Assembly: GCF_004010195.1 (NCBI RefSeq)
Contig: NC_057718.1
Location: 96,254,686 to 96,318,685, forward strand
Reading direction: 5' to 3'
Origin: Chiloscyllium plagiosum
Taxonomy: Eukaryota
Length of the DNA stretch: 64,000 nt
Position 1 is the stretch's first letter. Each line of letters begins with the position of its first letter. The notes beneath the pieces were generated by a model. It had not been told where the DNA came from, made no database searches, and saw only the letters and a program-made list of their open reading frames with translations. A program made the position numbers and the translations under genes. This document shows, in pieces, positions 1 through 11,393 of this stretch.

Positions 1-88
1 ATTGTACTCTTGCTACTCTATCCCCACCCCCACCCTCCTCTAGCTTATCTCTCCACGCTTCAGGCTCTCTGCCTTTATTCCTGATGAA
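1..88 (+). mobile_element. 3' end fragment of Penelope-like element, truncated inside the hammerhead core
   Basis: Pyrimidine-rich tract ending attcCTGATGAag (core 81-87), same context as the PLE terminus at 31590. Confidence 0.6.
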
Positions 89-200
89 GTTATCTTGTCC
101 TTGTTTTTTTTTACTTGAGGTTGTAAAGGCAGAGGTGCCGAAGAGTCTAGTTCAACAATGGAAGGGGTGTGGCTAGTTCTCACAGTTCAGGTTTTTTCTA

Positions 201-448
201 ATGATTTGGAGATGCCAGTGTTGGACTGGGGTGTACAAAGTTAAAAATCACACAACACCAGGTTAGAATCAATCTAAACATCATGTTACATCAGTTACAT
301 CACAATTACATCACACTATAAATTTTTGATATAAATTCTGTGTTACGATTGAGCCCTCCACTATCACCTGATGAAGGAGCGTCGCTCCGAAAGCTAGTGT
401 GCTTCCAATTAAACCTGTTGGACTATAACCTGGTGCTGTGTGATTTTT
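201..448. mobile_element. PLE subfamily B terminal-repeat insertion with inverted arms
   Basis: aaaaatcacacaacaccaggtta (243-265) inverted against the sequence ending at 448; 12-bp TSD aggttttttcta at 189-200 and 449-460. Confidence 0.8.
365..399 (+). ncRNA. Minimal type I hammerhead ribozyme motif (PLE-associated)
   Basis: cac-CTGATGA-a-ggagc gtc gctcc-GAAA-gc-TA-gtg: stem I cac/gtg, 5-bp stem II, palindromic mini stem III; predicted cut after 396. Confidence 0.8.
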
Positions 449-1123
449 AGGTTTTTTCTAGTTTGTTTTCAGCTGTAGCAGTCACAAGATGCATGAATGC
501 AGGATTTGCAAGCTACAGTAAAGAATTCCTCTGACTTTCTCCTGAAATCTCTCTGGATGTTATTCCCTCCTGCCTGTAAGGATCTGTATTTGAATTTACC
601 TTTTTGCAAGGGGTATGTTTATGGGATGCTATTGTATTGGACCAGATAATAAGTTAAGTTGCTGTATCAAGTCTGTTGGGTTTTCAAATAGTTAGGTTAT
701 TCTAAATTCCACTTTCTTTTGTTTGTGTTTCAACTGGAGTTTAAATAAATTCTGTTTAACTTAAAGCTGAGTGCTTTGACCAGTTGTATCACACCTGGAA
801 CACCTGTGTCACATCTGCCTTTAAAATAAAAAGTAGTATGGGTCTGGGCCATCTTCTTAGGACATTTTGAGGTGGGTCTGGCCTAGTCCATAACACGAGT
901 CTTGGATTAGATTAGACTAGATGTAGATTTAGATTTATTGTCATTTGCATAAAAATACAGTGAAAAGTGTTTTTTTGTGTGTTATATGCAAGGTGTTGCC
1001 ATGTTCCGATGCCCTCTTGAACACTGAATATAAATCAAGTTTTTACTGCAGCAGGGTTCACCTTTCTCTCTTTTTCTTGTTTCTCCTCCACTGCTCGTCC
1101 AGTCGCTGCTTGACATTGGTCAG

Positions 1124-1256
1124 AGGGTCTGTAATGGGCTCCGTGGTCTCTGTAATGGGCTCTGGGGCCTCTGGAATGGACTCTAGGGTCTCTGTAATGG
1201 GCCCCAGGGTCTCTGTAATGGGCTCTGGGGTCTCTGTAATGGGCCCTGCGGTCTCG
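1124..1256. repeat. 21-bp tandem repeat, about 6 copies
   Basis: Unit ~gggtctctgtaatgggccccag; explains the RAHYRDP / VSVMG periodic ORFs. Confidence 0.85.
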
Positions 1257-1571
1257 GATACAGGCCACTTCCATCACCATAATTGCAACTGCCGTGCTTG
1301 AGCTGGAGCCATGGGCCTGTGTGGGGTTGTGTCCTTCCTGTTCCCCATCCAGTGCTCCTCTCAATACTGCCGCTGGTCATCGGTCATCATGGTCCTCTGC
1401 TGTCCCTCTCACGGATGCTTCTGCTCCTTCAGACGGCCGGGCCTAGCTGCAGACCTGGAGCCTCAGCTCAGCCTACGAATCTGGACTGGGGTGGGGTAGG
1501 TGAGTCAGCCTGGGATCTGCTCCTTGCTCATCAGGAGACCCCGGACCGGGGTGGAGCAGTCTGATGTAACA

Positions 1572-1732
1572 TAAAAATCCCATTTGGTTCACTTAAGCCC
1601 TTGAGGAAAAGAAATCCGTCATGTTTAGCTGGTCTGGCCTATATGTGACTCTGTACCCACAACAATGGGGTTAACTCTTTACTGCCCTCCAGGCAATAAA
1701 TGCTGGTCCAGCTAGTGATCTGTACATCCTTA
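1572..1732 (+). mobile_element. 3' part of a DeuSINE/SacSINE1-like SINE
   Basis: ctggtctggcctatatgtgactc...ggcaataaatgctgg motif recurs at about 23000, 27300, 28670 and (minus) 61800-61960; family name from recall. Confidence 0.5.
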
Positions 1733-2184
1733 GACCAATTCTTATAAAAAGCTGCAGAAACATACAGCAAGGCAAGAGGCCATTCAGCCTACCACACCAA
1801 TGCTTCAAAAAGGCTGTTGTGTCTCTTTCCAACCCCCATCTTTTTCCGTGTGAGGCCTATCAGCTCCTCATTCACTTGTAAGTTTTTTTTATGGAATCGG
1901 CGTCAACTAGCTTTTCAAGAAGAGTATTCCACACCTGATAACTCTCTCTCACTGAAAGACAATCTTCTTAATGATTTTCCAGATCTTTTATTAAATCTAT
2001 GATCTCTGGTTTTTGAACCCACTTCCTATAAGAATAGATTTTCTTTATTTACACCATCAAAACCTTCCATTGTTCATGAAAATCTGCACAGCTCAAAGTA
2101 GAATGGTGCTAATATTTCCCGAGCACTCCACAAGGTTCCTAACAGCATCCTGGCAATACCCTATAGCCCCTTTGTATCACAGAC

Positions 2185-2449
2185 CCCGTACTGCATCAAT
2201 AGAGGCCATCTGGCCCCTTAAGTCCACACTGGCCCCCAAAGAGGAACCCCACTCCCCACCCTATCTCCATAAGCCCATAGTTACCATCACAAACCTTAGG
2301 ACACTTTAGGGCAACTTAGCACAGCCAGTCCTCCTTATCTTTGGACAGTGGGTGGAAACCTTCACAGATATAGACAGTGACCCAAGGCTAGAATCGAGCC
2401 TGGGTCCCTTGCACTGTGAGGCAGCAGTGCCAACCACTGAGCCACCACG
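2185..2449 (-). mobile_element. HE1-type SINE, degenerate
   Basis: Reverse complement of the tRNA-like head (gaggcagcagtgccaaccactgagccacc) and HE1 body. Confidence 0.75.
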
Positions 2450-2586
2450 CGTCCTTCCTGAACTGGAGTTTGGTTTTTGTCTCCGGCACTTCAGTTGAAG
2501 CATCCTCAGTAACTTAGTGGGGAGAATTTAATCCAGGTAATGAGATCTTGTCAGCTGGCTGGTGAGCTGGCAAGAACCTCATGTGG

Positions 2587-2785
2587 GCGAAATTGGGTAC
2601 TGCAGATGCTGGAGATCAGAGTCAAGATTAGAGTGGTGCTGGAAAAGCACAGCAGGTCAGGCAGCATCCGAGGAACAGGAAAATCGATGTTTCGGGCAAA
2701 AGCCCTGGGGATTTTGCCCGAAACATCGATTTTCTGTTCCTTGGATGCTGCCTGACCTGCTGTGCTTTTCCAGCACCACTCTTAT
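2587..2785. mobile_element. PLE subfamily A fold-back mini-element
   Basis: Arms ~2626-2701 and 2712-2785 nearly perfectly inverted; 16-bp TSD caagaacctcatgtgg at 2571-2586 and 2786-2801. Confidence 0.85.
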
Positions 2786-3055
2786 CAAGAACCTCATGTG
2801 GCCTTCTTTGGTGAAGACCCATCATCTTAATTGATGATCATTCCCTGAAGTGGGAGTGTGGGTGGGGAGGGTGGAAGGAGGGGGTGGACAGAGAGGTGGT
2901 GCAGGAAAGGTGGGACAGCATTCCACTCTTTCATAGCTGTCAGTTCCATCACAAGATTAAATTTGTTTCTCTCTTCAGATTCTGCCTGAGCTGATGAGTT
3001 TTCCCAACTCTATTTGTTCTTATTTCAGAATTCCAGAATTCTATGATCTCTGGTT

Positions 3056-3455
3056 TTATCAATCAGTATCCTGTTCCTGCCTTATCTCCATAACCCTTGA
3101 TTCCACTATCTTTGAGAGCTCTATCCAACTCTTTCTGAAATGAATCCAGAGACTGGGCCTCCACTGCCTTCTGGGGCAGAGCTTTCCATGCACCCACCAC
3201 TCTCTGAGTGAAGAAGTTTCTCCTCATCTCTGTTCTAAATGGCCTACTCCTTATTTTTAAGCTGTGTCCTCTGGTTCGGGACTCGCCCATCAGCGGAAAC
3301 ATGTTTCCTGCCTCCACAGTGTCCAATCCTTTAATAATCTTATATGTCTCAATCAGATCCCCTCTCAGTCTTCTAAACTCAAGGGTATACAAGCCCAATC
3401 ACTCCAATCTTTCAACATAAGATAGTCCTGCCATTTCAGGATTTGACCTCGTGAA
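3056..3455 (-). mobile_element. CR1 LINE 3' ORF2 fragment (young)
   Basis: ORF 3063-3398 LEFRRLRGDLIETYKI...TRGHSLK...FFTQRVV, the CR1 ORF2 C-terminus. Confidence 0.92.
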
Positions 3456-3772
3456 TCTATTGTGTTTTTGGCATAAATTAAATAACATTCTCTTGTTACT
3501 GCTTTGAAGAATTCACTTATGTAAGTCAGACATGACTTTTCTTTGAAAAGAAAATCCATGCTAACTTCCGATATTCGCCAACACCTTTCCAATCAAACTT
3601 TTATGACATTCTTGATTATGCTTTCCATTAATTTTCTCAAAACCAATGTGAAGCCATTGATCTACAATGATCAGTGGCATCCCTCTCGTTTTATTGAATA
3701 GCAACACTGGTTGCATCGATAGTATCTTTTATCCATGCAACCAAATACCAAAAAAGACTCAAACCCTGAATA

Positions 3773-3903
3773 AAACGAAAAGAACTGTGGATGCTGGAAA
3801 TCAAAACAAAAATACATTGTTGGAAGAGCTCAGCAGGTCTGGCAGTGTCTGTGGAGGGAAATCGGAGGTAATTTTTCAGATCCAGTGACCCTTCTTCAGA
3901 ACA
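3773..3903 (-). mobile_element. PLE subfamily D terminal repeat with decayed hammerhead
   Basis: Minus strand gttCTGAAGAagggtcactggatctGAAA; related pieces at about 22160-22450, 25020-25190, 28110-28205 and 48050-48185. Confidence 0.6.
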
Positions 3904-3946
3904 CCTATAAATCTGAAAGTCTTTTCAAATCCAAACCTCAAACAGA

Positions 3947-4278
3947 CGGCACGGCGGCACAGTGGCACAGTGGTTAGCACTGCTGCCTCACAGCGCCAGA
4001 GACCCGGGTTCAATTCTCACCTCTGGCGACTGACTGTGTGGAGTTTGCACGTTCTCCCCGTGTCTGCGTGGGTTTCCTCCGGGTGCTCCGGTTTCCTCCC
4101 ACAATCCAAAAATGTGCAGGCCAGGTGAATTGGCCATGCTAAATTGCCCGTAGTGTTAGGTAAGGGGTAAATGTAGGGGTATGGGTGGGTTTCGCTTCGG
4201 CGGGTCGGTGTGGACTTGTTGGGCCGAAGGGCCTGTTTCCACACTGTAATGTAATCTAATCTAATGTAATCTAATCTA
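3947..4278 (+). mobile_element. HE1-type SINE, full length
   Basis: A box TGGCACAGTGG 3963-3973, B box GGTTCAATTC 4007-4016, CR1-like tail and (taatc)n end. Confidence 0.92.
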
Positions 4279-4301
4279 AAAAAGACGTGAGCATGTGTGT
4301 A

Positions 4302-4385
4302 AAGTTAAAAATCACACAACACCAGGTTATAGTCCAACAGGTTTAATTGGAAGCACACTAGCTTTCGGAGTGTCGCTCTTCCATC
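4302..4385 (-). mobile_element. PLE subfamily B terminal-repeat mini-insertion
   Basis: Same sequence as 240-265 and the complement of 368-448; TSD agcat(g/a)tgtgta at 4290-4301 and 4386-4397; mutated hammerhead on minus strand. Confidence 0.75.
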
Positions 4386-5102
4386 AGCATATGTGTAGAC
4401 ACACTGAGTTCGGGTCCTGCAAAAAAACACTTCAGTATCAGGTCTGTTCAGGACTAGTCAAGTTTGTTTCACTGAAGTGTTAAGTGTTGCAACAAAATGG
4501 AGACAGAAAATATAAGAAATGCAGGCATAATGAAGAGAAAAGCTTGCAAATACCATCTGGTTTCAGATAAAGATAATCTGAACCCATTCTTTTACAGGCA
4601 AGGGTACGACATGTTTAAGAGTTAATTAATATCTTGCATTTGCTTGTGGGATGATTAATTAAAGATCTTAGATGGTTAGGTAAATGTATCCAAAATCTGA
4701 AAATATCCTTTATCTGAGAAACAATTAGTCCTGAGGTTTTCAGATAAAGAATTCCCAACCTGTTCAATATTAGCAACCTTTCCTGAGGATTGGAAGTTGT
4801 GAACAATGCTTCTGCTCTTTCTAAATTTGCTTTTTAAAAAATCCAGGATGTATTCCATCTGGATCAGATTGTTAATAAACTCCAACCTCAGACAGAACCC
4901 AAGAGACATAAATTTACTTTATGCGGAGAGTTTATTGACTACACCAGTCCTCTCCCCAGCTCCAGCTGTTTCCTCTTTATATATCTAGACATCAAGCATC
5001 CAATTAACAATCTTCTAGTGCTGCGGTAGTATTGCTGCTTCCGAGCTGAGCAGTCTGTGATTGAGTCCTACTGTGTCAGAGGTGTGTCACAACACGTGCT
5101 TT

Positions 5103-5430
5103 TAGATTAGATTACATTCATTACAGTGTGGAAACAGGCCCTTCGTCCCAACCAGTCCACACCGACCCTCCGAAGAGCAACCCACCCAGACCCATTCGCC
5201 TACATTTCCCTCTGACTAATGCACCTAACACTACAGGCAATTTAGCCTGGCCTATTCACCTGACCTGCACATCTTTGTGACTGTGGGAGGAAACCGGAGC
5301 ACCCGGAGGAAACCCATGCAGACACGGGGAGAATGTGCAAATGCCACACAAACAATTGCCCGAGGCAGGAATTGAACCTGGGTCCCTGGCACTGTGAGGC
5401 AGCAGTGCTAACCACTGAACCACTGCCACC
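5103..5430 (-). mobile_element. HE1-type SINE, full length
   Basis: Reverse-complement match to 3947-4278. Confidence 0.9.
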
Positions 5431-5592
5431 ATGTTCAAAAAACTTCTCACGGTACATGGTAATGTAGTGGTAACGTCACTGGGCTAGTAATTCAGAACCA
5501 CAAGTTATTACTAAGAGGCCCTTTTGTGGTACAGTCCCTACTCTTAGAGTGAGAGGCCTACATTCAAGTCCCACCTGCTTCAGAGATATATA

Positions 5593-5757
5593 TGTCCAAA
5601 GATGTGCAGGTCAGGTGAATTGGCCATGCTAAAATTGCCCGTAGTGTTAGGTGAAGGGATAAATGTAGGGGAATGGTTCTGGGAGGGTTGCTGTTCGGAG
5701 GGTGGGTGTGGACTTGTTGGGCCGAAGGGCCTGTTTCCACACTGTAAGTAATCTAAT
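5593..5757 (+). mobile_element. HE1-type SINE 3' half
   Basis: gtccaaagatgtgcagg...ccacactgtaagtaatctaat. Confidence 0.85.
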
Positions 5758-6249
5758 ATAATAACATCCCTGAGCAAGTTGATTTGTAAAATAAGTTTAT
5801 GAAAAAATAACATATCAGTGGCTTGTCAACTTTCAATTGTGCAAGTCTGTTTTTTCCAGCCTATTGATAAGCTCCCTGCTCTCTTTCAGTGTAACCTGTT
5901 GATACTTCACCCCTCTGGTTGGCAATAAGGAGCTGCTGGGAATCTGGATTTGTGCTGCTGAGGAACCACAGTCATGGGGGTAGCATTTGGTTTCTGTCCA
6001 GCCTCTGTCAGTAAATAGACAGGAGCTTTTTGTCTGATCTCTGACAGGCACGTAAGGCCGCCTCTTGGATTGACAAAATCCCAGCCCTATTTGTACCTCC
6101 ACGTATCAGAGTGCAAGTTATTATTGCTTTCCGATCATCTCTCTGGCCCGGTCTTTGCATTTTGTGTTCACATTTCAGTTCCCTCCTCATCACTCTCCCT
6201 ACCTTCCTGCGATAAGCGATCTGCGAGGGGCCATAGTTAGGTGGAGTGA

Positions 6250-7160
6250 GTGAGCAAAAACCTGGTAGATGGAGTTTAATGTAGGAAGAGGTCATGCTCT
6301 TTGGGTGGGAAAATGTAGACTTATCATTTAAATAGAGAGAGACTCCAAAGGAATGTGACGCGGAAGGTTCTGGCTGCTTTTGAAGTGAAACACGAAAAGT
6401 TAGCAGGCAGGTGCAGCAAGTAATTAAGAAGTCAAATGGAATTTTGGCCTTGACTGCGAGGTGGTTGGAGTTTACAAGTCGGGAAATCTTTTTATGGGTG
6501 TTTGGGACACTGGAGTACTATGTACAGCCTCAGTCACTAAGTTGAAGAAAGAATGTACTAGCATTGGAGGCAGTTCAAAGGCAATTCACTTGGCTGATTC
6601 CTGAGATGAGCTGAAAAGGTGTTGCTGGAAAAGCACAGCAGGTCAGGCAGCATCCAAGGAGCAGGAGAATCGACGTTCCGGGCATGAGCTCTACTTCAGG
6701 AATCCTGATTCCTGAGATGAAAGAGTTGACTTATCAAGAAAGGTTGGGCCTTTATTCATCAGAGTTTAGAAGAGTGATATTATTGAAACACACAAGATGC
6801 TGAGGGCCCTGAACACAGTAGATGTTGAGAAGATGTTTCCATGACAGGGAGAGTCATGAACAAGGGCACATAACTACAGAATGAGGGAACATTTCTTTAC
6901 AACTGAGAAGTGAAGAAATGTTTTCTCCCAGAACAGAGTTAATATCTGGAATTTGCTACCCGTGGGGGCTGTGGAGGCGATATCACTAAAAGTACTTAAA
7001 GAGGAGGTAGATGGATTTTGAAATATCGAGGTATTAAGAGCTATGAATACCTACATAAAAGAGGAGTTGAGGTTTGGGGAAAATCAGCCATTGTTTTAAA
7101 GAATGAAGAAGGCAGTCTTGAGGGGCTGAATGGCCATCTCTGCTCATAATTCTTATATTC
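6250..7160 (+). mobile_element. Old CR1 LINE 3' fragment
   Basis: Decayed ORF2 C-terminal and 3'UTR motifs (agagtttagaagagtgatattattgaaac; cagccattg...gggctgaatggcc). Confidence 0.75.
6610..6704 (-). mobile_element. PLE subfamily A single-arm mini-insertion inside CR1
   Basis: 16-bp TSD ctgattcctgagatga at 6594-6609 and 6705-6720; ends at hammerhead stem I (caggaat). Confidence 0.85.
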
Positions 7161-8974
7161 CTGAATGTCAACTGAATCTTGCTCCTACTATTTCCCATAA
7201 GCCTGTTCCTTCTGTTTGACAATGAAGTTTCTTTTGATTGTCTTTCGTGATGTATTAACTTTGGACATTTTGCCATTTCTCTTTAAAGATATACATCAAA
7301 AGTAGTTTGTACCTGTGTTCTCACTTCCGCAAGTGCCTTCCACAACTCCATGGCTCTGGTACCTAATCTACTATGCAACTTCCTCATTTAAAATCACTGA
7401 AATTAGTTTCTCCCCAGTTCCGATATTTTCTCTCCATAATTACTCTGAACCAAGTTATGCACCCACTTTTAATTAACTAATTTCTTCCCATAAAACACTA
7501 CACCCAATCACTTCATTTCCCAGCAACCAAACCCAACACTACTTCCTTCCTTCCTTGTTGAGTAAGTCCTAACGTACACGGATCAGAAATTCCTCAGCTT
7601 CCATAATACTCCATGTTGCTGCTGCATTTCAGGGCAATTAAAGGTAAACATTCCATGAATTCCTTTTCTTGGGATCTGCTCCTAACCTGATTTTCCCAGC
7701 CCACCTCCATATTTGAAGTCCCCCACGATTATTACTATAGTTACTTTCTTACATGCATTTCCTGATTTTTTTCTGTCCCATATCTTGACAACCGCTGAGG
7801 GGCCTGTATATAATCTCCATCATTCCTGAACACTTGCTAACCAGTTAGCTTGTTTTTGACCTTGCCTGAGTCATGTCTCAATTAATGCTACCACATCATT
7901 CATCATTCCATATTAGCAACTTGTGACATCCATCACTAACCTGAATATAATCACACTCTATACATTGACATGCATACAATTTAATATCTCTTTCATCACC
8001 TTTGCTAAATTCCTTGATCCACTGCCTGGAATTTTTGGAATATTTCTCAATCTATTCTTGCTTATATTTCTCTGTCCTCTGATCTCATTGCTATTCCTTC
8101 CTTTTAGCTTCTAGTTCCCACTCATTCCAGCAAACTGAGTCTAAATTCCGAATCAACTACTCGCTAACATCTCAGAGACAATATTGGCCCTGGCTTGATG
8201 CAGTCACAGACTGTACATGTAGTTAGGTAGCTCATGCAGGGAGCAGGAGAAATAACTTGAACAAGATTATATGCAGGCTCCTAGTGGTTGTCAAGATATG
8301 GGATAGAAAATAAATCAGGAGATAGAAAAGGCTTGTAAGGAAGTAACTATAGTAATAATCGTGGGGGACTTCAGTATGGAGGTGGGCTGGGAAAATCAGG
8401 CTAGCAGGGGATCCCAAGCAAAGGAATTTGTGGAATGTCTATGAGATGGTGTTTTTGAGTACCTTGTACAAAGCTCACCAGGGAACAGGCAATTCTGGAT
8501 TTGGGGATGTGTAATGATGCAGGCTTGATCAGGGAGCTTAAGTAACACATAGGGGGCAGTGACCATAATATAATAGAATTCACCCTACAGCTCAACAGGG
8601 AGAAGCTGAAATTGGATGTAACGGTATAACAACTGGGTAAAGGCAACTCCAAAGACATGAGGGAGGAGCTGGCCAGAATTGATTGGAAGGGGAGTCTGGC
8701 AAAGAAGATGGTGGAGTAGCAATGACAGGAGTTTCAGGAGTAATTTGTGAAGCACAGCAGAAACTCATCCCGAGGATGAATAATGATAGCAAGGGGGAGG
8801 ACAAGTCAACTGTGGCTGACAAGAGAAGTCAGGGACAGCGTAAAATCAAAAGAATAAATCAATAATCTGGTGAAGATTAATGGGAAGCCAAAGGATTGGG
8901 AAGCCTTGAAACACCAGTGAAGGTAAATGCAAGGTATTGTATTTTAGTACAACAAAAAAGCGTAGGGTTTATAC

Positions 8975-9805
8975 AACTAGTTGTAGGGCCTTGGCTAATG
9001 TTGTAGAACAGAGGGATCTAGGTACATAATTCTTTGAAATTTGCGTCAGATGTAGACAACTAGGACAAAGTGAGGACTGCAGATGCTGGAGATCAGAGTT
9101 GAAGAGGTTGGTGCTGGAAAATCAAAAGCTGATGATAGTTCCTGATGAAGAGCTTATGCTCAAAACCTCGACTCTCCTGCTCCTCGGGTGCTGCCTGACC
9201 AGCTGTACTTTTCCAGTGCCACACTCTTCCAGTCAGATAGAGATAAGGTGGTTAAAAAGGTGCTTGACTCGCTTGCCTTTATTGCTCAGTTGTTTGAGTG
9301 TAGATATTGGAAAATCATGTTGAGGTTGGATAGGACATTGGTGAGACCTTTTCTGGAATACTATGTCTAGTTCTGGTCACCCAGTTATAGGAAGGATATT
9401 ACTCAGCTGGAGAGAGTTGGGAAGAGATTTACCAGGATGTTGCCGGTATGGAAGGTTTGAGTTATAAAGAAAGGCTGGGTGGGCTGGGACCTTTTTCACT
9501 GGAGCTTAAGGGGTTGAAAGTTGACCTTATAGAAGTTTATAAAATAATGAGGGGTATAGATACAGTTAATGGTAGGTATCTTTTCCCTAGGTGGGGGATT
9601 TTAGGAGGCACATTTTTAAAGGGAGGAAGTGATGGACATGGGTACAATTACAATGCTTGAAAGCAGTTTGGATAATTACATGATTAAGAAAGGTTTGGAG
9701 GGATATGGGCCAGGAGCAGGCAGGTGGGACTAGTTTTGTTTGGGATTATGTGCGACGTAGAGTGGTTGGATCAAAGGGTCTGGCTCTGTGCTGTATGACT
9801 CCGTG
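8975..9805 (+). mobile_element. Second CR1 3' fragment nested in the long CR1
   Basis: LVRPFLEYYV, RFTRML and DLIEVYKIMRGID motifs plus 3'UTR ctgtgctgtatgactc. Confidence 0.85.
9062..9231. mobile_element. PLE subfamily A fold-back mini-element
   Basis: Antisense terminus aagtgaggactgcagatg followed by a sense arm starting ttcCTGATGA (GAAA mutated to AAAA). Confidence 0.75.
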
Positions 9806-10182
9806 ACAACTAAAAACGTGCAATAACAGGGGGAGAAGATGAAATGTGAAGGTAAGGTAGACTGTATTACAAAGGAAGATTGCCTAAGTGCTTTTTGACA
9901 TATAAAATGTGAGAGTTAAGAGTGGACAGTGGACCATGGGAAAATGAGACTGGAAAAATAGTCCTGGAGAACAAAGAAATGGTGGAGGAACTGAATAGGT
10001 ACTTTGTATCAATCTTCATGTTGAAAGGCATCAATAGCAGACTACAACCTCAAGAGAATCAGGGGGTTAGAGGTGAGGGTAGTGGCCATCACTAAAGAGC
10101 AGGTGCTGGGAAGCTGAAGGGTGTGAAGATGGATCAATCACCCAGACCAGATGGAGTACAGTCCACAGTTCCTGAAGGAGAT

Positions 10183-10580
10183 AGGAGAAAGTGAGGTCTG
10201 CAGATGCTGGAGATCAAAGTTGAAACTTTATTGCTGGAACAGCACAGCAGGTAGCTGAGTAGATTGTAGAGACAAAAAGAACAGCAGATGCTGGAATCCA
10301 AGGTGGACAAGCAGGAGGCTGGAAGAACACAGCAGGCCAAGTAGCATCAGGAGGTGGAGAAGTCAATGTTTCAGGTGTAACCCTTCTTCAGGACTGTGGG
10401 TGGGTGTAAGGGGACCTGCAGATAAAGGGTAAGGTGGGGGGGGGGGGGGGGGTGTGCAGGGTGGTGAGATGGTGGATAGGAGAAGACAGGTAGAGAGTAT
10501 GACCTGGTTGGTTGATGGGAAGAATGAATCTGATTGGTGGCTAGAAGGGTCAATGTGAGGAATGGAAGGGAGGGTGAGGC
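10183..10580 (-). mobile_element. Two adjacent PLE terminal fragments (subfamilies A and C)
   Basis: A terminus at 10184-10250; subfamily C at 10272-10580 with minus-strand agtcCTGAAGAagggttacacctGAAAcaTTgact (10361-10395); TSD-like gatt(g/a)tagag at 10262 and 10581. Confidence 0.75.
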
Positions 10581-11121
10581 GATTATAGAGGCATTGGTAG
10601 TGATATTTCAGGAATTATTGGAGTCAGGCAGGGTCTGAGAGGACTGGAAAATGGTTCATGTAACGCACCTATATAAGAAGGGAGAGAAGCAGAAGACAGG
10701 AAATTATAGTCTAGAGAGCCTTACCTTGGTCATTGGTAAGAGTTTAGACTTCATTATTAAGGATGAGATTGTGAAGTACTTGGAAATGAACAGGCTGAGT
10801 CAGCATGGCTTTGTCAAGGGGAGGTCATTCATGAAAAGTCTGTTAGAACCTCTAGAAGAGGTAACAAGCAAGTTAGACAAAGGGAAGTCAGTGAAGATGA
10901 ACTATTTGGATTTCCAGAAGGTTTCTGAAAAGGTGATGCACAGGAGGATTTAATTAAGATGAGATCATATAGTGTTACGGCAATTTACTGGCATAGATAG
11001 AGGATTAGCTGGTTGGCAGAAAGCTGAGAATGGGGACAAAGGAGTCTTTTTAAGGATGGCAGCTGGTGACTAGTAGGGTTCTGCAGGAGTTCGTGTTGGT
11101 TCCACAACTATTCACATTACA

Positions 11122-11393
11122 GGCAGTACGGTGGCTCAGTGGTTAACACTGATACCTCACAGCACCAAGGACCTGGGTTCAAATCTACCCTCAGATGACT
11201 GTCTGTGTGGAGTTTGCACATTTGCCCCATGTCTGTGTGGGTTTCCTCTGGGTGCTTGGGTTTCTTCCCACAGTCCAAAGATGTGCAGGTCGGGTAAATT
11301 GCCCATAGTGTTCAGGGATGTGTTGGCTAGGTGCATTAATCAGGGGAAATGAAAAGTAATAGGATAGGGGGATGGGTCTAGGTGGGTTACTCT
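11122..11393 (+). mobile_element. HE1-type SINE nested in CR1
   Basis: tRNA-like head gtggctcagtggttaac...gggttcaaatc and HE1 body. Confidence 0.85.

Larger units (their letters stand above)
89..895 (+). mobile_element. Probable solo LTR (Gypsy-like) interrupted by a PLE mini-insertion
   Basis: Ends (t)gttat...ataaca, internal aataaa near 744; no coding capacity; inference only. Confidence 0.35.

Noticed and set aside
945..1364. 118-aa and 109-aa ORFs with periodic motifs
   Set aside because: Explained by the 21-bp tandem repeat; no domain or splice evidence.
1528..1534. Minus-strand CTGATGA as another hammerhead
   Set aside because: No stem II followed by GAAA downstream.
3947..4030. tRNA gene
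   Set aside because: The A/B boxes belong to the tRNA-derived head of a SINE present about 18 times in the window.
4680..4765. Tigger-like MITE end
   Set aside because: Only one weak terminal similarity (tttcagataaagaattcccaacctgt); no matching second TIR or TA duplication.
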